A stretch of 32,000 nt of DNA from positions 2,970,001 to 3,002,000 of the forward strand of contig OZ245049.1 of the NCBI GenBank assembly GCA_965224465.1. The letters run 5' to 3'. A program made the translations under genes and the position numbers. Shown in pieces: positions 1 through 7,105 of the stretch. The stretch comes from Flavobacteriaceae bacterium (GTDB taxonomy: Bacteria; Bacteroidota; Bacteroidia; Flavobacteriales; Flavobacteriaceae). Within the stretch, counting starts at the first letter, position 1, and each line of letters opens with the position of its first letter. The notes under the pieces were generated by a model. That model was not told where the DNA came from. It ran no database searches and saw only the letters and a list, made by a program, of their open reading frames with translations.

Positions 1-314
1 CTGCTATCCCTAACGCGGTGATCTTAGTTAAAAACTATATAATCAATTAACTATCAACTAATTATATTTTATAGGTGTTTTTTTTACATGCAATTCAATC
101 TAAGTACAGGCTACCTTTCTCCAATACTTGTGCTTGTTTAGAGGTTAAATACGGGGTATCTTTTTATAAGAAGTCGTTTTTAATGAGTTTATACAATACA
201 AAGCTACATAGATGTTAAAATTTTATAAAAAAACAAAATGCTAGTATGCTTTAGGGGTATCTTTTATACATTTGAATAGTATTGTGAGCTACATAGTTTG
301 TAATAAGACTGTTT

Positions 315-405
315 ATACCAAAATTCTTTTCCAAGTTTCGCTTTAGAAATAGAATTATATTTTGTTTTAACAAGGCTAAAAATGGAAGGATAGCCTTAGT
401 TAACG
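315..405 (+). repeat. MITE-like dispersed element, 5' partial copy
   Basis: ataccaaaattcttttccaag...aatggaaggatagccttagtt aligns with the 5' two thirds of the ~160-bp unit at 17452-17611, 20737-21057 and (reverse) 31168-31321. Homology stops at ~405, exactly where an amidase-domain reading frame starts. Confidence 0.7.
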
Positions 406-727
406 TCCTGGGTGTTCATATTTTGTAAACTGGGTAATAGAAAAATCAAATAATAAAGGAACCAAAAGCGCAAGGTCTTTAGATTGGTTAATTTGAGGCA
501 AAAAGATATCTGAGCCAGTATACGGTGCAATTGCTGTTAAAACTAGAAAAGGAGGAGGTTATGTTGGATTTGTTTTTGCTAAAAAGGGAAATAATGGGAT
601 TATAATTTTGGGAGGAAACCAAACGGATGAACTAAAAAAATCTTCATATAAAAATAAATCAATATTCACTTATTTTGTACCTCTTAATTACAATATTGAT
701 AACACCAATCAAAAAAAAGATAAATAA
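404..727 (+). pseudogene. Cassette 0: 5'-truncated TIGR02594-like (NlpC/P60 superfamily) peptidoglycan amidase domain with in-frame TGA
   Basis: Hand translation gives RPGCSYFVNWVIEKSNNKGTKSARSLDWLI*GKKISEPVYGAIAVKTRKGGGYVGFVFAKKGNNGIIILGGNQTDELKK...NYNIDNTNQKKDK*. The Cys motif (C..FVNW), the SA.S..W motif and the GGNQ motif are typical of the family. TGA lies at 494-496. The expected catalytic His in GGGHVGF reads Y here. Confidence 0.7.
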
Positions 728-1421
728 GATACTAAAAACAGGTGAAATTCAAAACAAAAAAATTGAACTTTCCAAAATTGACTATGAAGATTTACCTGCT
801 AAAATTAAACCTAGTAAAAATTTTATAAGTGCTTTAAAATGGAAAGATTTAAATGGTGAGAATTATCTTATTATTTATAGAGTTGGTCCAACTGTTGAAA
901 CTGATATTATTGACACGGACGATGAAAAGTATGCTGAGCTTCATGTTAAACAATACGTTTTTCAAAATAAAAATTATACTAAGATATGGGAAGTAATTGA
1001 TTTTGTTCGGAATTGTGCTTATGATTTATGGATTGGACCCGCTTCAAAGGATGCTTTTTATGTCACAGATTTAAATAATAATGGAATAACAGAAACTAGT
1101 TTTATTTATTATTTATCATGTAGAAGCGACGCATCTCCTTCTATAATGAAATTAATAATGAGAGAAGGAAATCAAAAATTTGCTTTGCGAGGAACTTCTA
1201 TTTTAAATAGATATTTAATCGATATAGACTTAGAAAATTTCAATCCCAAATTAAATAAAAATTTGGTAGGGAATAATAATGGTTCGACTTCATTTTTATT
1301 AAAAACTATGGGTAAATATGAAAATGATGAAGATTTTTGTAAGAATCCTAAATTGTTAGAGTTTGCTAAAGAAAAATGGATTGAAAATATGATAGAAAAA
1401 GAGATGAAACAATTTAAATAA
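675..1421 (+). CDS. Hypothetical protein, positional immunity candidate for cassette 0 (start codon uncertain)
   Basis: 248-codon ORF from the track. It has no in-frame ATG or GTG near the 5' end, only TTG at 675 and 696. It overlaps the end of the amidase fragment and stops at 1419-1421. I recognise no domain with certainty. Confidence 0.5.
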   Translation: MYLLITILITPIKKKINKILKTGEIQNKKIELSKIDYEDLPAKIKPSKNFISALKWKDLNGENYLIIYRVGPTVETDIIDTDDEKYAELHVKQYVFQNKNYTKIWEVIDFVRNCAYDLWIGPASKDAFYVTDLNNNGITETSFIYYLSCRSDASPSIMKLIMREGNQKFALRGTSILNRYLIDIDLENFNPKLNKNLVGNNNGSTSFLLKTMGKYENDEDFCKNPKLLEFAKEKWIENMIEKEMKQFK

Positions 1422-2139
1422 AAAAGGTCTGTTTTTGGGATAAAATCCATTCAGGAGATTTAGTAGCAGCATCCAAACGCAGACAATCGTATGTTGATAC
1501 CAACCGAAAATATACACCTATTTTCAGATTTACAGATATCAAAACCGATGAAGAAATAGCATTAGGAAAAAAGATTGATGCCGCAGAAGTAAAACGAATT
1601 AAAAGGAAGTTCCCCAAAGATTCTAATGTATATCATTTTTATCCGATTTTATTTTTAGAACAGATGAAGATGATATGTGGTAATGGTCGTGCTCCTTGGA
1701 TGTAAACAGCTATTGAGGAGTCTAAAAAAGTAAAAGGTTGTGTAGAAAGTTTAGAGCCTATGTATTCAATGGTAAAAAAATATTTAAGATTTGTAGGAAA
1801 TAAATCTGAGCCAACGGATGGAATTTATGGTCCGTGGTGTGCTTCTTTTATGAATTGGTGTCTAAATGAAAGTGGATATAAATATACGAAAAGCGCAAGT
1901 TCTTTAGTACCTGTTTATCAGAATTACAAAGCTCTGTTTAAAAAAATATTGAACCTATTTATGGTTGTATTGTTGTTTATAAGCATAAAACTAAATGGAA
2001 AGGACAGACTGGTTTTCTATACGGGTTAGATAAAGATGGAAATTATTTATTACTTGTAGGAAATCAAGGAAATACGATAAATATTGAAAAGTAAGGTGAA
2101 TATACTAGTAGGTCTAAAAGTTCTACCAAAACCACGTAA
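1416..2139 (+). pseudogene. Cassette 1: 5'-truncated linker plus TIGR02594-like amidase domain (stop, frameshift, stop)
   Basis: Same sequence as cassette 2 (2764-3487). Disruptions are TAA at 1703-1705, the A7 tract at 1940-1946 and TAA at 2092-2094. The linker is cut at 1416, directly after the stop of the upstream ORF. Confidence 0.7.
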
Positions 2140-2141
2140 AT

Positions 2142-2448
2142 ATGAAAAAAATAATTCTATATATATATCTATTTATTACATTAGGTTGTAAAAATGTTTC
2201 AAACTCTAATATTCAACGTATAATTACAGAAACAAAAGGAATTGAGAAAACAAATGTAAATTGTTTAACTGAATCTGATAAAATAGAAGTAGAAAAGGTA
2301 ATTGCGAATATTATAAATAGTATAGAAAATGATGACGAAGATTCGATATCTTCTATTTTAAATTTTCCTATATCAATTTTTAACTTTTCTTTTGATAATC
2401 AAGCTGGTTTTATTACTGAGTGGAATAAAAGCGAAGAATTAAAAAATT
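2142..2448 (+). pseudogene. Lipoprotein immunity candidate, 3'-truncated by an ISL3 remnant
   Basis: Identical to the first ~102 codons of 3490-3996 (MKKIILYIYLFITLGC lipobox). Identity ends at 2448, where an IS terminal repeat begins. The tail of track ORF 2142-2534 is IS-derived read-through. Confidence 0.75.
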
Positions 2449-2669
2449 GGTTCTACCACGATTTGTGTGGGTATAAATCTAAACCTCCATTAAAAAACAG
2501 TATTGCACTTCTAAAATTCACGAAAGTCCTGTAGCCTTTACCAATAGATTTTATTTCTTGTATTTTACCATTTAGTCTTTCTGCCATTGCATTAGAAGCA
2601 GTCTCAACCATTGCATTACACACCCCTTCTATATGGTTATTAAACATCCTAGCAACCTTTATAATTTCT
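2449..2669 (-). mobile_element. ISL3-family IS remnant (terminal inverted repeat plus C-terminal ~64 codons of the transposase)
   Basis: Minus ORF 2453-2647 reads ...SNAMAERLNGKIQEIKSIGKGYRTFVNFRSAILFFNGGLDLYPHKSW*. This resembles the conserved C-terminus of ISL3 transposases (N.KIK..KR...G.R.F.NFR.RIL). The terminal sequence ggttctaccacgatttgtgtggg contains the stop codon. Confidence 0.6.
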
Positions 2670-2675
2670 TTAATT

Positions 2676-3487
2676 CTAAATTGGATAAAGGAAGAGGAAG
2701 ATCCAGATCAACAGCAAGAATTAGAAGCTCAACGAGACGATAAAGTGGAAGTTTTAAAAGATAAAATAAAAAAGGTCTGTTTTTGGGATAAAATCCATTC
2801 AGGAGATTTAGTAGCAGCATCCAAACGCAGACAATCGTATGTTGATACCAACCGAAAATATACACCTATTTTCAGATTTACAGATATCAAAACCGATGAA
2901 GAAATAGCATTAGGAAAAAAGATTGATGCCGCAGAAGTAAAACGAATTAAAAGGAAGTTCCCCAAAGATTCTAATGTATATCATTTTTATCCGATTTTAT
3001 TTTTAGAACAGATGAAGATGATATGTGGTAATGGTCGTGCTCCTTGGATGTAAACAGCTATTGAGGAGTCTAAAAAAGTAAAAGGTTGTGTAGAAAGTTT
3101 AGAGCCTATGTATTCAATGGTAAAAAAATATTTAAGATTTGTAGGAAATAAATCTGAGCCAACGGATGGAATTTATGGTCCGTGGTGTGCTTCTTTTATG
3201 AATTGGTGTCTAAATGAAAGTGGATATAAATATACGAAAAGCGCAAGTTCTTTAGTACCTGTTTATCAGAATTACAAAGCTCTGTTTAAAAAAATATTGA
3301 ACCTATTTATGGTTGTATTGTTGTTTATAAGCATAAAACTAAATGGAAAGGACAGACTGGTTTTCTATACGGGTTAGATAAAGATGGAAATTATTTATTA
3401 CTTGTAGGAAATCAAGGAAATACGATAAATATTGAAAAGTAAGGTGAATATACTAGTAGGTCTAAAAGTTCTACCAAAACCACGTAA
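2676..3487 (+). pseudogene. Cassette 2: conserved linker plus TIGR02594-like amidase domain (stop, frameshift, stop)
   Basis: Reads LNWIKEEEDPDQQQELEAQRDDKVEVLKDKIKKVCFWDKIHSGDLVAASKRRQSYVDTNRKYTPIFRFTDIKTDEEIALGKKIDAAEVKRIKRKFPKDSNVYHFYPILFLEQMKMICGNGRAPWM*TAIEESKKVKGCVESLEPMYSMVKKYLRFVGNKSEPTDGIYGPWCASFMNWCLNESGYKYTKSASSL...KK. After a frameshift at A7 (3288-3294) it continues NIEPIYGCIVVYKHKTKWKGQTGFLYGLDKDGNYLLLVGNQGNTINIEK*GEYTSRSKSSTKTT*. There is no start codon at the 5' end. Confidence 0.75.
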
Positions 3488-3796
3488 ATATGAAAAAAAT
3501 AATTCTATATATATATCTATTTATTACATTAGGTTGTAAAAATGTTTCAAACTCTAATATTCAACGTATAATTACAGAAACAAAAGGAATTGAGAAAACA
3601 AATGTAAATTGTTTAACTGAATCTGATAAAATAGAAGTAGAAAAGGTAATTGCGAATATTATAAATAGTATAGAAAATGATGACGAAGATTCGATATCTT
3701 CTATTTTAAATTTTCCTATATCAATTTTTAACTTTTCTTTTGATAATCAAGCTGGTTTTATTACTGAGTGGAATAAAAGCGAAGAATTAAAAAATT
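2764..3796. repeat. Direct duplication, copy B
   Basis: See copy A (1416-2448). Confidence 0.9.
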
Positions 3797-3996
3797 ATAT
3801 ATCTCTTGATATTTATAATGAAAATGATGAATATATAGGGAAGACAAATAGCGATTCTGTTAAAATTATATTCTTTCCTTCTGAAAAAACGGATAATTGT
3901 TTAAAAGTACAATTTGGTATTGGTAGTGGATTGATTTTTACTTTAGATAAAATTGATGAGAAAATAAAAATAGTAAAATTTGATATAGCGGGTTAA
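3490..3996 (+). CDS. Lipoprotein, immunity candidate for the cassette 1/2 amidase
   Basis: 168-aa ORF. Its ATG lies 2 nt after the amidase stop. Signal peptide with lipobox LFITLGC. It has no similarity to the ORFs following the other cassettes. Confidence 0.7.
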   Translation: MKKIILYIYLFITLGCKNVSNSNIQRIITETKGIEKTNVNCLTESDKIEVEKVIANIINSIENDDEDSISSILNFPISIFNFSFDNQAGFITEWNKSEELKNYISLDIYNENDEYIGKTNSDSVKIIFFPSEKTDNCLKVQFGIGSGLIFTLDKIDEKIKIVKFDIAG

Positions 3997-4038
3997 ATTA
4001 TTTGTAAAAAACATGTCAACTTTAGATTAATTTAATAA

Positions 4039-4563
4039 CTAAATTGGATAAAGGAAGAGGAAGATCCAGATCAACAGCAAGAATTAGAAGCTCAACGAGA
4101 CGATAAAGTGGAAGTTTTAAAAGATAAAATAAAAAATGTATGTTTTTGGGATAAAATCCATTCAGGAGATTTAGTACCAGCATCCAAACGCAGACAAACG
4201 TATGTTGATACCAACCGAAAATATACACCAGCAGCAAGATCATGGAGTCCAAAAGGAAACTATGAATTTTATTGGGGAAATGGTAAAAAAAGTGAATTTC
4301 CATTCTTCCGAGCAATAGCTATGATAAATTGGAAAGGTGGCGGGCAACATACAGCTTTTGTTATTGGAGAAACTAAACAAGGTCGTATAGCAATTTTAGG
4401 AGGTAATTAAGGTAAGCATGCTGGTGGTATAACTCAATCGAGTGCCTCTAAAAGTAAAGTCCAGTTTTACATGTATCCTAAAGGATATAAAATACCAAAT
4501 TCTTTTTATGAATTACCTGTTAGAGATATAAAAAACAAATTAACATATACAAACACTCATTAA
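4039..4563 (+). pseudogene. Cassette 3: linker fused by internal deletion to the C-terminal half of a divergent TIGR02594-like amidase; in-frame TAA
   Basis: The linker is nearly identical to 2676-2870 up to TNRKYTP. It then jumps to AARSWSPKGNYEFYWGNGKKSEFPFFRAIAMINWKGGGQHTAFVIGETKQGRIAILGGN*GKHAGG...VQFYMYPKGYKIPNSFYELPV...*. TAA at 4408-4410 sits where Q of the GGNQ motif is expected. The Cys-containing half is absent. Confidence 0.75.
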
Positions 4564-4565
4564 TT

Positions 4566-4889
4566 ATGAAACTTATTAGACTGGTATCTATTATTTTAGT
4601 TATTTTTTTTTATTCTTGTAAAAAAACAAGGAATACTAAACAAGACTCTACTATTCAAAATAGTTATCAAAAAAAAGAAGTGAATAATGATAATATAGAT
4701 ACGAAGAAAGATTGTGTGATTTATAGCGATAGTATTAAAATAAAAAAATTTATTTCAATTGTCAAAATAGATTTATTTCAAATGGATATAATCAATTTTG
4801 GAAAGAAATATAATTTAAAAAGAAATATACACAAGAAAGATAAAATTACTTTATTAAACGCTAAGCCCGAGTTATATTTCGAAAAATAA
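4566..4889 (+). CDS. Small lipoprotein, immunity candidate for cassette 3 (possibly truncated by a nonsense codon)
   Basis: ATG lies 2 nt after the cassette 3 stop. Signal peptide with lipobox VIFFYSC. After TAA at 4887-4889 the same frame stays open for 49 more codons, to 5037-5039. Confidence 0.65.
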   Translation: MKLIRLVSIILVIFFYSCKKTRNTKQDSTIQNSYQKKEVNNDNIDTKKDCVIYSDSIKIKKFISIVKIDLFQMDIINFGKKYNLKRNIHKKDKITLLNAKPELYFEK

Positions 4890-5065
4890 AAAGGTGGCTG
4901 TCTAACAACATTTATATATTTCAATTATAATTTTTATAAGAATAAAAGTAAAGATAGTTGGAAAGGAGAACATCAAACAATAATGATGATAGATAAAATA
5001 GGGGATGATTTTAGAATTAAAGATATTAATCATTTTTAAAAGTTGTACTACCAAAAGGTACAAGA

Positions 5066-5431
5066 GTAGAAGTAAAACGAATCAAAAGGAAGTTCCCCAA
5101 AGATTCTAATGTGTATCATTCTCACCCGATTTCATTTGTGGAACAGATGAAGATGATATGTGGAGGAAAAGAGGATAGTAATATTTAAATCACAAGGAAA
5201 AGGTCCAAGTTGTAACACTTACTGTAGATATATTCTAAAACAATTAAATTTAACACCACATGGAGGAAACAGTACTTTTTTACTAATTGAACAGTTGGTA
5301 GTTTTTTACAACAAAACTAAGTGGCACTGTTTGACCATAATCGGTGGCACAAATAGAACCGTGGTAGCCAGTGACCGAGCGAAGTTCTCGTGTGTACGAT
5401 GGTGTGAGAGGCGCCTGCCAGCTAAGCTAGT
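5066..5431 (+). pseudogene. Cassette 4: partial linker plus the start of a different toxin domain; frameshifted and 3'-truncated at the IS256 boundary
   Basis: VEVKRIKRKFPKDSNVYHSHPISFVEQMKMICGG matches the cassette 1/2 linker end. That frame stops at 5186-5188. The next frame (track ORF 5160-5441) continues as EEKRIVIFKSQGKGPSCNTYCRYILKQLNLTPHGG... and runs into the IS256 terminal repeat. Confidence 0.5.
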
Positions 5432-5472
5432 GGTTGTGTAATTTAAACTCTGTCTGCTTGTTTTTTTCTACG

Positions 5473-5532
5473 TTTTAAAATAGTTCGATTTTCTCTTCAT
5501 AAGGCTGCTTTAAAAATCGAACTATTTTAAAA
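5473..5532 (-). terminator. 19-bp-stem hairpin just downstream of the IS256 transposase stop
   Basis: ttttaaaatagttcgattt (5473-5491) pairs perfectly with aaatcgaactattttaaaa (5514-5532), with a 22-nt loop. There is no separate U-tract, so the terminator role is an inference. Confidence 0.4.
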
Positions 5533-5551
5533 TGAGCCCCAGCGGCTAGCG

Positions 5552-6784
5552 TCACGAACTGCTTCCGTTTTTATGTAAATCCAACGTTATTCGATCTTCA
5601 AATTTAATATATAATTGTTGAATTGTCAAGCACCAATTATGTAAAGGGTTTGTCCATTTTTTTTCGATATTTTTTGTTGCTAAGTAAACAAGCTTCAATA
5701 GTGCCATATCACTGGTAAAAGCCCCTTTTGTTTTAGTTACTTTTCTTACCTGTCTATGAAAACCTTCTACTGCATTTGTTGTGTAAATTATTTTTCTGAT
5801 AGGTTCTGTATACTGAAAAAACTGAGATAACTCTTCCCAATTACGGTTCCAGCTTTCTAAAACTACAGGGTATTTTTCTCCCCATTTTTCTTCTAATTTC
5901 AATAACTCCAACTCAGCAATATCTTTATTAACTGCCTTGTAAACAAGCTTTAAATCTCGAATAAATTCTTTTTGATCTTTGGAAGCTATATACTTTAAAG
6001 AATTACGAATTTGATGAACAATACACTTTTGAATTTGTGTTTTAGGAAATACACTCAAGATAGCTTCTGAAAATCCTTTTAAGTTGTCTGTACAGGCAAT
6101 TAGGATATCCTTAAGCCCTCTGTTATTAAGGTCTGTCAATACTTGAAGCCAAAAATTTGCGCCTTCACTTTCTGAAATATACATTCCTAAAACCTCTTTT
6201 ATCCCTTCTTTATTTACTCCTAAAACATTGTAAAGTGCTTTGTGTTGTATTTTACCGTCTACTTTTACCTTGTAATGCATAGCGTCAAGCCAAACAATGC
6301 AGTACATCTGTTCTACTGGACGACTTTGCCATTGTTTTATATCGGGTATGATCTTATCTGTAATTTGACTTAAAACAGTGTGTGATATATCTGTATCATA
6401 CATCTCTTTTATATGACCAGAAATATCGCGTAAGCTCATTCCTAAGCCATATAATCCAATGATCTTATCTGATAAATTATCTGCTAAAATGGTTTGACGC
6501 TTTTTTATCAGAACAGGCTCGAAACTACTATTTCTATCCGCTGGCGTACTTATTTCAAAACTACCAATACTAGTTTTAACAGTCTTTTTGCCCTTTCCGT
6601 TACGTTTATTCCCTTTAGAACGTTCCTCTTCACTAAGGTGTGATTCCATTTCTGCTTCCAATGCTTTCTCAAGAAATTGTTTCATTAAAGGAGCAAAGGC
6701 ACCTTCTTTTCCGAATAAACTTTTTCCTGATAATAATTGATCCAATGCCTTTTTTTCAATGTTGGCTAACTCGTCTTTTGTCAT
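5552..6784 (-). CDS. IS256-family (mutator-type) transposase
   Basis: 410-aa ORF with typical IS256/Transposase_mut features: ...IVWLDAMHYKV..., ...ACTDNLKGF..., ...CIVHQIRNSLKY..., ...TTNAVEGFHRQVRKVTK... Confidence 0.9.
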   Translation of the reverse strand: MTKDELANIEKKALDQLLSGKSLFGKEGAFAPLMKQFLEKALEAEMESHLSEEERSKGNKRNGKGKKTVKTSIGSFEISTPADRNSSFEPVLIKKRQTILADNLSDKIIGLYGLGMSLRDISGHIKEMYDTDISHTVLSQITDKIIPDIKQWQSRPVEQMYCIVWLDAMHYKVKVDGKIQHKALYNVLGVNKEGIKEVLGMYISESEGANFWLQVLTDLNNRGLKDILIACTDNLKGFSEAILSVFPKTQIQKCIVHQIRNSLKYIASKDQKEFIRDLKLVYKAVNKDIAELELLKLEEKWGEKYPVVLESWNRNWEELSQFFQYTEPIRKIIYTTNAVEGFHRQVRKVTKTKGAFTSDMALLKLVYLATKNIEKKWTNPLHNWCLTIQQLYIKFEDRITLDLHKNGSSS

Positions 6785-6860
6785 GTTTTCTGTTTGAATA
6801 AAGTTAATACTTTTTTTTATTCAGACAGAGTTGAGTTTACAGTCCCTTATGAGTGTATGC

Positions 6861-7096
6861 TTTTTAATTTTAAGGAACTCTAAAATGTTTAGATGTGCCT
6901 GTAAGTATTCAGTACTAAGCTAAATCTTATTAAATTTTCCTTTTATCTCTTGAATTATTGAAATATATTCGTTTCTTAGCATGTTTTGTACTTTCTTGTT
7001 TGCACTTAAAAGTACAATAAAACCAAGGGGTTACCTTGGTTTTCATGCTATTTATTTTTACTTAAACACCTGTAAATGATGGGTGCGAAACTTGAG
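6861..7096 (-). mobile_element. Truncated second copy of the IS4-like element (left end and first ~40 codons only)
   Basis: The reverse complement of 6861-7096 aligns with 18956-19190. The terminal repeat ctcaagtttcgcac and ~110 nt of leader are nearly identical. The transposase start then follows as MLRNEYISIIQEIKGKFNKI*LSTEYLQAHLNILEF. Homology ends at ~6861, 14 nt from the IS256 end. Confidence 0.8.
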
Positions 7097-7105
7097 TGAT
7101 TAAAT

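Larger units (their letters stand above)
1416..2448. repeat. Direct duplication, copy A (1033 bp, apparently identical to 2764-3796)
   Basis: ORFs 1760-2029 and 3108-3377 translate identically. ORFs 2142.. and 3490.. are identical for their first ~101 aa. The offset is 1348 bp. By eye, identity starts at aaataaaaaaggtctg and ends at gaagaattaaaaaatt. Confidence 0.9.
5432..6846 (-). mobile_element. IS256-family insertion sequence (about 1415 bp)
   Basis: Imperfect 25-bp terminal inverted repeats: ggttgtgtaatttaaactctgtctg at 5432-5456 versus the reverse complement of 6822-6846, gggactgtaaactcaactctgtctg. I count 19 of 25 matching. A single transposase ORF lies inside. The flanking 8-mers differ (aagctagt / ttatgagt), so no target duplication is visible. 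Confidence 0.8.

Noticed and set aside
153-296. Short direct repeats in the first 315 bp (ggggtatct at 153 and 254, agctacatag at 202 and 287)
   Set aside because: The spacings are inconsistent (101 versus 85 nt) and the repeats are only 9-10 nt long in AT-rich DNA. This is not enough to call a structured repeat.
333-345. The copy at 315-405 contains caagtttcgc, identical to the core of the IS4-like terminal repeat (ctcaagtttcgcac), suggesting the MITE is mobilised by that IS
   Set aside because: All other copies read caagtgacgg or caagtgaagg at this position. The motif is ~18 nt internal rather than terminal. This is likely coincidence in a single diverged copy.
1760-2029. Track ORFs 1760-2029 and 3108-3377 as independent 89-aa genes
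   Set aside because: They are the Cys-motif portion of the amidase domain. They start at an internal Met, and their C-terminal ~30 residues are out-of-frame translation after the A7 frameshift.
2142-2534. Track ORF 2142-2534 as an intact 130-aa gene
   Set aside because: Only the first ~102 codons match the full 168-aa paralog at 3490-3996. The remainder is read-through into the ISL3 terminal repeat.
1414-4315. Minus-strand ORFs 1414-1617, 2729-2965, 2659-2865 and 4022-4315
   Set aside because: They are antisense shadows of the conserved linker, which is repeated because the linker is repeated. The plus-strand reading is colinear with an amidase domain and is the meaningful frame.
5343-5421. 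Resemblance of the GC-rich patch to 5S rRNA motifs (ggtggc, ccga.c, gaagtt, gatggt, gagag, ctgcc in the same order)
   Set aside because: The segment is about 40 nt too short. I cannot draw the helix II-V pairings or a convincing helix I. The motif matches are short. It is flagged only as a compositional anomaly.
5160-5441. Track ORF 5160-5441 as an intact gene
   Set aside because: It has no ATG (GTG per the track). It begins by frameshift from the linker frame, and its stop codon lies inside the IS256 inverted repeat. It is best treated as a truncated cassette remnant.
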